This document shows positions 56,783-64,000 of a stretch of DNA of 64,000 nucleotides, in pieces. A program made the translations under genes and the position numbers. The DNA comes from Flavobacterium sp. (GTDB lineage Bacteria > Bacteroidota > Bacteroidia > Flavobacteriales > Flavobacteriaceae). Below the pieces are notes generated by a model. It worked only from the letters and a program-made list of their open reading frames with translations. It had not been told where the DNA came from and did not search any database. How positions within the stretch are numbered: position 1 is the first letter of the stretch; each line of letters begins with the position of its first letter. Location of the stretch: assembly GCA_015665265.1 (NCBI GenBank), contig JADFAM010000033.1, positions 2,035 through 66,034 on the forward strand. Direction: 5' to 3'.

Positions 56783-57400
56783 ATGTCTAAAAAAAATATT
56801 GCTTTATTAACTATAATTTTAGCTATTTTAATAGATCAAATTGTAAAAATCTACATTAAAACAAATTTTGTTTTAGGAGAGGAAATTAAAGTTTTTGACT
56901 GGTTTAGAATTCATTTTGTTGAAAATAACGGAATGGCAATGGGTTTTGAGTTTGGTGGAAAGGCAGGAAAGCTTTTCTTAACAATATTTAGAATAGTAGC
57001 TGTAACTTTCATCATCTATTGGCTTTCTCAACAAATAAAAAGAGGAACGCATAATGCAGTTATTTTTGCAATTGCTCTAATTTTTTCTGGAGCAGTAGGG
57101 AACATCATAGATTCAATTTTTTATGGAGTTATTTTTAACACGCCAGCACATAATACAGCCACTTTATTTGCCGAAAAACCTTATGGAGAACTCTTTTATG
57201 GGAAAGTTGTTGATATGTTTTACTTTCCTATTTGGGAGGGGGTTTTGCCAGAATGGATTCCATTTGTAGGAGGTGATTTTTTTAGGTTTTTTAATTATAT
57301 ATTTAACCCAGCAGATTCATATATAACAATAGGTGTAATATTGCTATTTTTATACAGTAAAGCTGCTTTTCCAAAGGAAAATTTAGCATCAGAAAAATAG
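56783..57400 (+). CDS. lspA: Lipoprotein signal peptidase II
   Basis: 205 aa with 4 TM segments. Motifs are FVENNGMAMGF and GNIIDSIFYG..VDMFYF, carrying the catalytic Asp residues. Confidence 0.85.
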   Translation: MSKKNIALLTIILAILIDQIVKIYIKTNFVLGEEIKVFDWFRIHFVENNGMAMGFEFGGKAGKLFLTIFRIVAVTFIIYWLSQQIKRGTHNAVIFAIALIFSGAVGNIIDSIFYGVIFNTPAHNTATLFAEKPYGELFYGKVVDMFYFPIWEGVLPEWIPFVGGDFFRFFNYIFNPADSYITIGVILLFLYSKAAFPKENLASEK

Positions 57401-57494
57401 TTATTTACATGATAATTAAACATGATTAGTTATTGTAAATACCGTTAATTTTTTTCACTTCATAAAGAAAAAATAAAAACAGCATTTTCGTTTT

Positions 57495-59282
57495 ATGTCT
57501 ACTTCTTTAGAAATTCAACTCAAAACGTTACCAGATTCTCCTGGAGTTTATCAATATTATGATAAACAAGACAATATTTTATATGTTGGAAAAGCCAAGA
57601 ATCTAAAAAAACGAGTAGGATCTTATTTTACAAAAAGTCATGAAAATGCTAAAACAAGAATTTTAGTACAAAAGATAGTTAGTATTAAGCATATTGTTGT
57701 TACTACAGAAACAGATGCATTATTGTTGGAAAACAATTTAATTAAAAAGTATCAGCCAAGATACAACATCATGTTAAAAGATGATAAAACATATCCTTGG
57801 ATCTGTATTAAGAAAGAGCGATTTCCAAGAATTTTTATGACTCGAAGAGTTATAAAAGACGGTTCTGAGTATTATGGCCCTTATACAAATGTTAGAACAG
57901 TTAAAGTTTTATTAGATCTTATAAGAGAATTATATCCGTTAAGAACCTGTAGATATGACTTATCAAGAGAAAAAATAGCTGAAAAAAAATACAAGGTTTG
58001 TTTAGAATATCATCTTGGGAATTGTAGTGGTCCTTGCGAAGATTTTCAGAATGAAGACAGCTATAATGATACTATTAAAGCAATTAGAAATATTGTTAAA
58101 GGGAATTTTAAGGAAAGTTTAAATAAATTTCATGAAATCATGAAGGCTTTTGCAGATAAAATGGAATTTGAAGAAGCCCAAAAAATAAAAGAAAAATTAG
58201 ATTTATTATCTAATTATCAATCAAAATCAACCATAGTAAGCCCATCTATAAATAATGTAGATGTATTCTCAATTATTAGCGATGAAAGTTACGGGTATGT
58301 AAATTTTTTTAAAATTGCCAACGGATCTATCATTCAGTCTCACACTACAGAGATTAAAAAAAAGCTGGATGAAACAGATAAGAGAATTTTAGAGATGGCT
58401 GTTGTAGAAATAAGACAACGATTTAATTCTATTTCAAAAGAAGTATATGTCCCTTTTGAAATAGATTTAGGAGATGAGATTAAAGTAACAGTTCCAAAAT
58501 TAGGTGATAAAAAAAGAATTATAGAGCTTTCTGAACGCAATGCAAAGTATTACAGGCAAGAACAATTTAAACAAATTAAAATTTCAGATCCAGATAGGCA
58601 TGTCAAAAGAATTATGACTCAAATGCAAAAAGATTTGCGATTATCTGAAGAGCCAAGACATATAGAATGTTTTGATAACTCAAATATTCAAGGAACCAAT
58701 CCTGTAGCGGCTTGTGTTGTTTTTAAAGAGGGAAAGCCCTCCAAAAAAGAATATCGCCATTATAACATAAAAACTGTTGAGGGACCCGATGATTTTGCGT
58801 CTATGGAAGAGGTTGTTTTTAGGCGCTATAAGCGACTTTTATCCGAAAACCTACCACTACCTCAGTTAATTGTTATTGATGGAGGAAAAGGGCAATTATC
58901 GTCTGCATTAAAAAGTTTAGACCTACTAGACTTAAGAGGTAAAATAGCTATTATTGGAATTGCAAAAAGATTGGAAGAAATTTATTATCCAGGAGATCCC
59001 ATTCCAATGTATTTAGATAAAAGATCTGAAACACTAAAAATTGTGCAATTTTTAAGAAATGAAGCACACAGATTTGGCATTACATTACATAGAAACAAAA
59101 GAAGTAAGAGTGCTATTCAATCAGAATTAGAGCAAATCCCAAACATAGGGAAGCAAACCATCACCTCTTTATTAAGAAAGTTTAAATCTGCAAAACGAGT
59201 AAAGACTGCCACATTTAAAGAATTACAGGAAATTGTTGGTGATGCTAGAGCTAAAAAAATCTATCAATACTTTAATTCATAG
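57495..59282 (+). CDS. uvrC: Excinuclease ABC subunit C
   Basis: 595 aa. GIY-YIG motif is PGVYQYYD...ILYVGKAKNLKKRV. It also has a UVR domain, an Endo V-like domain and a C-terminal (HhH)2. Confidence 0.95.
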   Translation: MSTSLEIQLKTLPDSPGVYQYYDKQDNILYVGKAKNLKKRVGSYFTKSHENAKTRILVQKIVSIKHIVVTTETDALLLENNLIKKYQPRYNIMLKDDKTYPWICIKKERFPRIFMTRRVIKDGSEYYGPYTNVRTVKVLLDLIRELYPLRTCRYDLSREKIAEKKYKVCLEYHLGNCSGPCEDFQNEDSYNDTIKAIRNIVKGNFKESLNKFHEIMKAFADKMEFEEAQKIKEKLDLLSNYQSKSTIVSPSINNVDVFSIISDESYGYVNFFKIANGSIIQSHTTEIKKKLDETDKRILEMAVVEIRQRFNSISKEVYVPFEIDLGDEIKVTVPKLGDKKRIIELSERNAKYYRQEQFKQIKISDPDRHVKRIMTQMQKDLRLSEEPRHIECFDNSNIQGTNPVAACVVFKEGKPSKKEYRHYNIKTVEGPDDFASMEEVVFRRYKRLLSENLPLPQLIVIDGGKGQLSSALKSLDLLDLRGKIAIIGIAKRLEEIYYPGDPIPMYLDKRSETLKIVQFLRNEAHRFGITLHRNKRSKSAIQSELEQIPNIGKQTITSLLRKFKSAKRVKTATFKELQEIVGDARAKKIYQYFNS

Positions 59283-59339
59283 GGAAGAATACATTCAATT
59301 TATACTTTTTTTATTGTTGTAATTACTCCAATGTTAATT

Positions 59340-59375
59340 TAATGTAAATTAATAGTTGACATAATGTAAATTTTT
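59340..59375 (+). repeat. Two direct copies of TAATGTAAATT (59340-59350 and 59362-59372), 22 bp apart, overlapping the promoter region of 59416-59763
   Basis: Read directly. The second copy extends to TAATGTAAATTTTT, which is identical to 59812-59825 downstream of the gene. Confidence 0.55.
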
Positions 59376-59376
59376 A

Positions 59377-59384
59377 TATATTTG
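59377..59384 (+). promoter_or_regulatory. Candidate -7 box (TATATTTG) for the MORN-repeat gene
   Basis: Matches TAnnTTTG, 32 nt upstream of the ATG at 59416. Confidence 0.4.
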
Positions 59385-59415
59385 AATATAATTGTTAATT
59401 AAAACCCTAACTAAT

Positions 59416-59763
59416 ATGAAAATAGTTTTAATAATCAGCTTTGTGCTTTCGTTAACTACAGCACAAGCACAAGATATCTCACCTACTTTTAAGGCTGAAG
59501 GAGATAAAGTAAAAGCAACGTATTACTTTGCTGATGGATCAGTATATAGACAAGGTTTTTTCAAAAATAAAAAACTCACAGGAGAGTGGTCAGAGTTTGA
59601 TAAAAAAGGGAATAAAGTTGCAACAGGTTTTTATGAAGATGGGAAAAAAACTGGCATTTGGTTTCAATGGGAAAAAAATAAACTTCGTCAAGTTAATTAT
59701 AAAAATAACATGATTACTTCGGTTAGTACGTGGAAAGAAGAGACAAATCTAGCCATTAATTAA
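59416..59763 (+). CDS. Secreted MORN-repeat (YwqK-like) protein
   Basis: Start trimmed to MKIVLIISFVLSLTTAQAQ, because the track ORF begins at a TTG. MORN-like repeats are GSVYRQGFFKNKKLTGEWSEFDKKGNKVATGFYEDGKKTGIWFQW. Confidence 0.6.
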   Translation: MKIVLIISFVLSLTTAQAQDISPTFKAEGDKVKATYYFADGSVYRQGFFKNKKLTGEWSEFDKKGNKVATGFYEDGKKTGIWFQWEKNKLRQVNYKNNMITSVSTWKEETNLAIN

Positions 59764-59780
59764 TTAGTAGTTTAAATATA

Positions 59781-59811
59781 AAAACTCGCATATTAAAGTA
59801 TGCGAGTTTTT
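59781..59811 (+). terminator. Rho-independent terminator after the MORN-repeat gene
   Basis: Stem aaaactcgcata/tatgcgagtttt with loop ttaaag, followed by a T-run. Confidence 0.75.
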
Positions 59812-59825
59812 TAATGTAAATTTTT
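59812..59825 (+). repeat. Third copy of TAATGTAAATTTTT, between the two convergent terminators
   Basis: 14/14 identical to 59362-59375. Confidence 0.55.
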
Positions 59826-59836
59826 TTCAAAAATAA

Positions 59837-59866
59837 AAAACCCACATTGTTTACAATGTGGGTTTT
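59837..59866 (-). terminator. Rho-independent terminator after rng
   Basis: Stem cccacatt/aatgtggg (extendable) flanked by an A-run/T-run. The minus-strand reading gives the hairpin and then ttttttattttt. Confidence 0.75.
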
Positions 59867-59885
59867 GTTGATATATATAAGTGCC

Positions 59886-61415
59886 TTATTTGCGAATAAT
59901 TTTGAATTTGTATTGCAAATACTTGTAAGCATCTCTAGGTATAATAGTTATCCACTTTTTGTGTTTTAAATACCATCGGAAACGAATCGATGATATCCCT
60001 TTAGTTAAATAAGAAGCAATAAAAGGATGTACGTTCAACACCACGTTTTTATTTTTTGGATTTGAAATAACACGTTCCAAATCTGCTTCAATCTTATCCA
60101 ACAAAACAATAGGAGCTTCTACCTCTCCATTGCTATTAGGGTTGGGTTCAGTTGTTTTAATACTAAGTTCAGGCCGAACTCTTTGCCTTGTAATTTGGAT
60201 TAATCCAAATTTACTTGGCGGTAAAATTTTATGCTTTGTTCTATCCAAAGACATTTGTTCTTTCAAATGTTGAAATAATTTATTTCTGTTTTCAGAACGG
60301 TGCATGTCAATGAAGTCAACAACTATAATTCCTCCCATATCTCTTAATTGCAATTGTCTTGCAATTTCTGTGGCAGCAATTAAATTAACTTCTAGTGCAG
60401 TTTCTTCTTGAGAACCAGCTTTGTTTGAACGGTTACCACTGTTTACATCTATCACATGCAATGCCTCGGTGTGTTCAATCACTAAATAAGCTCCTCTACT
60501 CATAGAAACAGTTTTACCAAATGATGTTTTTATTTGGCGTTCTATTCCGTATTTTTCAAAAATAGGAGTTGCTGATTTGTGAAGTTTTACAATCTTTTCC
60601 TTTTCAGGATAGATTTCTTGAAGATACTCTTTGATTTCTAACTTTAGAGTTTCATCATTTGTTACTATGTTCGTAAAAGAGTCATTCATTAAATCTCTTA
60701 AAATAGAAGAAGCTCTATTTAATTCGCTTAATACTTTTGTTGGCGTATTTGTGTTAGCAATTCGCTTGCACATAGTTTTCCAACGATCTAATGAATTTTG
60801 TAAATCTTTATCGAGTTCTGCTACTTTTTTTCCTTCAGCAACAGTTCTTAAAATAACACCAAAACCTTTTGGTTTAATGCTTTTTACTAATCTTTTTAAA
60901 CGTTCTTTTTCTTTTGAGTCTTCAATTTTTTGAGAAACAGAAATTCTGTCAGAAAAAGGAACTAATACCAAAAATCTACCGGCAATAGATAGCTCTGAGC
61001 TAAGTCTAGGACCTTTGGTAGAAATAGGTTCTTTTACAATTTGTACTAATAAATTTTGACCTGATTTTAGTACATCGTTAATACTTCCATCTTTATGAAT
61101 GTCTTTTTCATATCGGAAGTTTTTTAAAGTGAATTCTTTATACTTACCTGTGCTTACTTTCTTAATAAAATTAGTTAAAGATTTTACTTTGGCTCCTAAA
61201 TCATGATAGTGTAAAAAACCATCTTTTGGGTATCCAACATTAACAAAAGAGGCATTTAGCCCAGTTAATACTTTTCCAATTTTGGCTAGAAATATATCGC
61301 CAACAGAAAATTTATTATCAGTTGTTTCTTTATTTAATTCTATAAGTTTTCCATCTTTTAATAAGGCAAAATCAATATCAGATGAATTTGAACGAATTAT
61401 TAATTCTGTTTTCAT
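59886..61415 (-). CDS. rng: Ribonuclease G/E-family endoribonuclease
   Basis: 509 aa. N-terminal S1 domain (VGDIFLAKIGKVLTGLNASFVNVG). The catalytic core includes ALHVIDVNSG and GGIIVVDFIDM. Confidence 0.85.
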   Translation of the reverse strand: MKTELIIRSNSSDIDFALLKDGKLIELNKETTDNKFSVGDIFLAKIGKVLTGLNASFVNVGYPKDGFLHYHDLGAKVKSLTNFIKKVSTGKYKEFTLKNFRYEKDIHKDGSINDVLKSGQNLLVQIVKEPISTKGPRLSSELSIAGRFLVLVPFSDRISVSQKIEDSKEKERLKRLVKSIKPKGFGVILRTVAEGKKVAELDKDLQNSLDRWKTMCKRIANTNTPTKVLSELNRASSILRDLMNDSFTNIVTNDETLKLEIKEYLQEIYPEKEKIVKLHKSATPIFEKYGIERQIKTSFGKTVSMSRGAYLVIEHTEALHVIDVNSGNRSNKAGSQEETALEVNLIAATEIARQLQLRDMGGIIVVDFIDMHRSENRNKLFQHLKEQMSLDRTKHKILPPSKFGLIQITRQRVRPELSIKTTEPNPNSNGEVEAPIVLLDKIEADLERVISNPKNKNVVLNVHPFIASYLTKGISSIRFRWYLKHKKWITIIPRDAYKYLQYKFKIIRK

Positions 61416-61567
61416 ACTGAAATAGTTTTATACTAAATGTCTTTAAATGACAAATAATGGATTAATTTTTAAACAGGTATTTTTTATTTTAATACCAAAC
61501 GAGGCTTCTGCTTTATGCAAAATAATTACCTCTATTTCAATGAACGTATGGTGCTAAAAGAACAGTT

Positions 61568-61600
61568 AAGAAAAAGTAAGATTAATTCTTACTTTTTCTT
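61568..61600 (-). terminator. Perfect 13-bp stem-loop overlapping the last codons and stop of the bS22-like ORF
   Basis: Stem aagaaaaagtaag/cttactttttctt with loop attaatt. U-rich sequence follows on the minus strand. Confidence 0.5.
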
Positions 61601-61678
61601 GTGTCTGTTTGCTCTAGCTCTTTTCTTGCGTTTGTGTGTTGAGATCTTAGATCTCTTTCTTTTTTTACCACTTGGCAT
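61589..61678 (-). CDS. 29-aa highly basic protein, AURKAIP1/COX24-like; candidate small ribosomal protein bS22
   Basis: Hand translation is MPSGKKRKRSKISTHKRKKRARANRHKKK, with 18 of 29 residues Lys/Arg. It matches my recollection of the Bacteroidota MPSGKKRKR..THKRKKR..NRHKKK family. It sits 43 nt downstream of the HU gene and is absent from the ORF track because of its size. Confidence 0.6.
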   Translation of the reverse strand: MPSGKKRKRSKISTHKRKKRARANRHKKK

Positions 61679-61721
61679 AATTGTCTAATTTTTATAAATC
61701 TTTCGATTTAGATTTGTATAA

Positions 61722-62012
61722 TTACTTTACTTCTACCTTGCTTTTTACTCCTTCAGTAAAGGTTTTAGCTGGTTTAAAAGCTGGAATATTGTGAGCTGGA
61801 ATTTTGATGGTAGTGTTTTTTGATATATTTCTTCCCGTTTTTTCGGCTCTAGTTTTTATAATAAAGCTACCAAAACCTCTCAAATAAACATTTTCTCCTT
61901 GTTCAAGTGATCCTTTTACCTCTGTCATAAATGCTTCTACGGTTGCTAAAACATCTGCTTTTTCAATTCCTGATTTGTCCGAGATTTTCGATACAATATC
62001 TGCTTTCGTCAT
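61722..62012 (-). CDS. hup: HU/IHF-family DNA-binding protein
   Basis: 96 aa. The typical pattern is MTKADIV..I......K.DV...V.AF...V...L..GE.V.LRGFGSF....RA.K.GRN and a beta-arm containing Pro. Confidence 0.85.
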   Translation of the reverse strand: MTKADIVSKISDKSGIEKADVLATVEAFMTEVKGSLEQGENVYLRGFGSFIIKTRAEKTGRNISKNTTIKIPAHNIPAFKPAKTFTEGVKSKVEVK

Positions 62013-62050
62013 GTTGCTATAATTTATATTTTTTCCAAAAAATTTGCTGG

Positions 62051-62058
62051 CAAATATA
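62051..62058 (-). promoter_or_regulatory. Candidate -7 box (TATATTTG on the minus strand) for the HU gene
   Basis: Plus-strand caaatata, 39 nt upstream of the ATG at 62012. Confidence 0.4.
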
Positions 62059-62141
62059 TGATAATTAATCTATTCACTAAAAATAAACAGATAAAAATAT
62101 CTCAATTTTAAGACGTAATATTGTATCTGTAAAGATTTTTA

Positions 62142-63197
62142 ATGATTTTTTCTAACACATTAATATACTGGTATTTACAGATTAAAAGAGATTTGCCTTG
62201 GCGTAAAACCAAAGACCCTTATTTGGTTTGGTTATCTGAAATCATGTTACAACAAACTAGAGTGTCTCAAGGAATGAGTTATTTCTTAGCCTTTTCCGAG
62301 GAATTTCCTGCAATAGAGGACCTAGCCAGAGCAAAAGAAAGTAAAGTTTTGAAAATGTGGCAAGGACTTGGATACTATTCAAGAGCAAGAAACCTTCATT
62401 TTACAGCAAAGTATATTGCAGAAGAGTTAGATGGTCAATTTCCAAATACCTATAAAGAACTAATAAAATTAAAAGGGATTGGAGATTATACTGCTTCGGC
62501 TATTTCCTCAATTTGTTTTAATGAACCCCAGGCTGTAGTTGACGGAAACGTATATAGAGTATTAGCAAGAGTTTTTAATATTAAAACACCTATTAACACC
62601 TCACAAGGAGTTAAAAAATTCAAAATATTAGCTCAATCTTTACTAGATACAAGCCAGCCAGGGGTATATAATCAAGCCATTATGGATTTTGGTGCTTTGC
62701 AATGCAAACCTCAAAATCCAGATTGCCGTCACTGCCCTATTAATTCGAGTTGTGAAGCCTATGCTAATAATCTTGTAAAAGAGTTGCCTGTGAAGGAAAA
62801 GAAATTAAAAATTAAAACAAAATACTTTAATTATATAGTTATAGTTACCCCTAATAATAAAACAATCTTCGAAGAACGAATAGGAAAAGGAATTTGGGAA
62901 GGTCTTTATCAATTTCCACTTATAGAAACTAATAAAGAAGTTCAATTAGATGAACTCATTAATTTATCTGATTTTAAAACACTTGTTTCAGAAAATTCAG
63001 AAATAAAACTATTTAACACAAAAACAATAATTCACAAATTATCACATCAACACTTACATACGAACTTCTGGATCATTAAATCTAATGATCATCAAGATGC
63101 ATTAGTTAGCTGGCAAGAAATAGAAACATTTCCAGTTTCTATTTTGATTGCAAATTTCTTGAAAGAATTCACACCAAAATTGAATAATTTTTTTTAG
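62142..63197 (+). CDS. mutY: A/G-specific adenine DNA glycosylase
   Basis: 351 aa. HhH-GPD motif is LKGIGDYTASAI. The 4Fe-4S loop is CKPQNPDCRHCPINSSC. A C-terminal NUDIX-like domain is present. Confidence 0.9.
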   Translation: MIFSNTLIYWYLQIKRDLPWRKTKDPYLVWLSEIMLQQTRVSQGMSYFLAFSEEFPAIEDLARAKESKVLKMWQGLGYYSRARNLHFTAKYIAEELDGQFPNTYKELIKLKGIGDYTASAISSICFNEPQAVVDGNVYRVLARVFNIKTPINTSQGVKKFKILAQSLLDTSQPGVYNQAIMDFGALQCKPQNPDCRHCPINSSCEAYANNLVKELPVKEKKLKIKTKYFNYIVIVTPNNKTIFEERIGKGIWEGLYQFPLIETNKEVQLDELINLSDFKTLVSENSEIKLFNTKTIIHKLSHQHLHTNFWIIKSNDHQDALVSWQEIETFPVSILIANFLKEFTPKLNNFF

Positions 63198-63205
63198 TAC
63201 ATTTG
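63198..63205 (+). promoter_or_regulatory. Candidate -7 box (TACATTTG) for ssb
   Basis: Matches TAnnTTTG, 22 nt upstream of the ATG at 63227 and immediately after the mutY stop. Confidence 0.4.
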
Positions 63206-63226
63206 ATATAGCAATCATTAAAGTTT

Positions 63227-63658
63227 ATGTCTGGAACAATCAATAAAGTAATATTAATAGGTCATCTTGGAGATGAGGTTAAAATGAACTATTTTGAAGG
63301 GGGAAATTCTCTCGGACGTTTTCCAATTGCAACAAATGAAACGTATACAAACAAGCAAACAGGAGAGAAGGTAACTAATACAGAATGGCATACCTTGGTT
63401 GTTAGAAATAAATTAGCTGAAATCTGTGAGAAATATTTGTCTAAAGGAGATAAGGTTTACTGCGAAGGTCGTATAAAGACTCGTCAATGGGAGCAAGAAG
63501 GTCATAAAAGATATACTACAGAAATTCATGTAGCTAATATGACATTTTTATCTACTAAAAAAGAAACTGGGGTACCAGCCTCAGATAACAATGGAAATCC
63601 TTTATCAACAGCTCAGCATTCCCAACCCAAAGCGGATGACGATGATTTGCCATTTTAA
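63227..63658 (+). CDS. ssb: Single-stranded DNA-binding protein
   Basis: 143 aa. OB-fold N-domain (INKVILIGHLGDEV...TEWH), a Gly/Pro/Gln-rich linker and an acidic tail DDDDLPF. Confidence 0.9.
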   Translation: MSGTINKVILIGHLGDEVKMNYFEGGNSLGRFPIATNETYTNKQTGEKVTNTEWHTLVVRNKLAEICEKYLSKGDKVYCEGRIKTRQWEQEGHKRYTTEIHVANMTFLSTKKETGVPASDNNGNPLSTAQHSQPKADDDDLPF

Positions 63659-63678
63659 GTCTAACTAAATTCTAACAT

Positions 63679-64000
63679 TTGGATTCTGATCCCATACTTT
63701 TTTTAAATTATTTTGCTCAGATTGATAATATGTTTGTAGTGGCAATTATCATTTTATTACTATTACTTTTAGCCTCTGCTCTTATATCCGGTACAGAAGT
63801 AGCTTTCTTTTCTTTGTCTAAAACAGATATAATTAATATTTCAGAGGAAACGAAGGATCACAATCCTGTTGTAGAACTGTTACAAAAACCAAGAAAATTA
63901 TTAGCAACAATACTTATCACTAATAACTTTTTAAATATTCTTATTGTTTTAATTTTTGCTTCTTTAGGAGAAGCTTTTTTTAAAAACCAGGACTTAACGC
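63679..64000 (+). CDS. gldE: GldE/CorC-family DUF21(CNNM)-domain membrane protein, 5' part only (runs off the right edge)
   Basis: The frame is open after the TAA at 63673-63675. Possible starts are the TTG at 63679 (LDSDPILF...) or the ATG at 63730. The DUF21 pattern is LASALISGTEVAFFSLSK...KLLATILITNNFLNI. The mutY-ssb-gldE order matches what I recall from Flavobacterium johnsoniae. Confidence 0.6.
   Translation, partial: MDSDPILFLNYFAQIDNMFVVAIIILLLLLLASALISGTEVAFFSLSKTDIINISEETKDHNPVVELLQKPRKLLATILITNNFLNILIVLIFASLGEAFFKNQDLT

Noticed and set aside
59528-59713. 61-aa ORF in an alternative frame within the MORN-repeat gene
   Set aside because: It is a same-strand overlapping frame with no start context, and the MORN repeats support the annotated frame.
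1-64000. Search for defence systems, CRISPR arrays, transposases/integrases, prophage genes, rRNA or tRNA genes
   Set aside because: I recognised no Cas, restriction-modification, toxin-antitoxin, integrase or transposase motifs in any ORF. I saw no regularly spaced repeats. No intergenic gap shows tRNA-like cloverleaf sequence or rRNA-like GC content. This was a by-eye search only, so tRNAscan, Infernal, PADLOC or DefenseFinder should confirm it.

Overview
AT-rich Bacteroidota chromosome segment that looks like a marine Flavobacteriia genome. Supporting signs are SusC/SusD genes, recurrent TAnnTTTG -7 boxes, the mutY-ssb-gldE gene order and a lack of obvious Shine-Dalgarno use. The left third (1-21.6 kb) lies entirely on the minus strand and is a beta-1,3-glucan (laminarin)-type polysaccharide utilization locus (PUL). 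In transcription order it encodes a transmembrane Y_Y_Y/LuxR one-component regulator, SusC, SusD, a PKD plus CBM-like surface glycan-binding lipoprotein and a GH16 laminarinase. A strong terminator and a ~350 bp spacer follow. After the spacer come a clan GH-A hydrolase, a signal-less 1156-aa GH94/GH149-like putative beta-1,3-glucan phosphorylase, a GH17 lipoprotein, GH30, a GPH/MFS sugar symporter and a signal-less GH17. A further secreted protein starts at 136 and runs off the left edge. The remaining 42 kb is mostly housekeeping. It holds a two-subunit Tat-exported molybdoenzyme with XdhC/MocA maturation genes, and metG, leuS, ileS, feoAB plus a small Cys-rich partner, rseP, uvrC, mutY, ssb, rng, HU, lspA, a DksA-like protein and a bacilliredoxin. 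It also holds an NtrY-like kinase, an AraC regulator and a TonB-dependent receptor. I added small ORFs missing from the track (a 29-aa bS22/AURKAIP1-like basic protein, a 36-aa FeoB-associated Cys-rich protein and a 57-aa ORF), corrected several N-terminal over-extensions, and flagged one frameshifted gene. By eye I found no rRNA, tRNA, CRISPR array, transposase/integrase or recognisable defence system. The most interesting content is the cytoplasmic branch of the PUL (giant putative phosphorylase plus leaderless GH17). Two other PUL signals stand out: an uncharacterised CBM-like module shared by PUL proteins, and a recurring ATTGTATAGTT motif confined to PUL intergenic regions. All family assignments come from motif recognition by eye and need HMM or structure confirmation.
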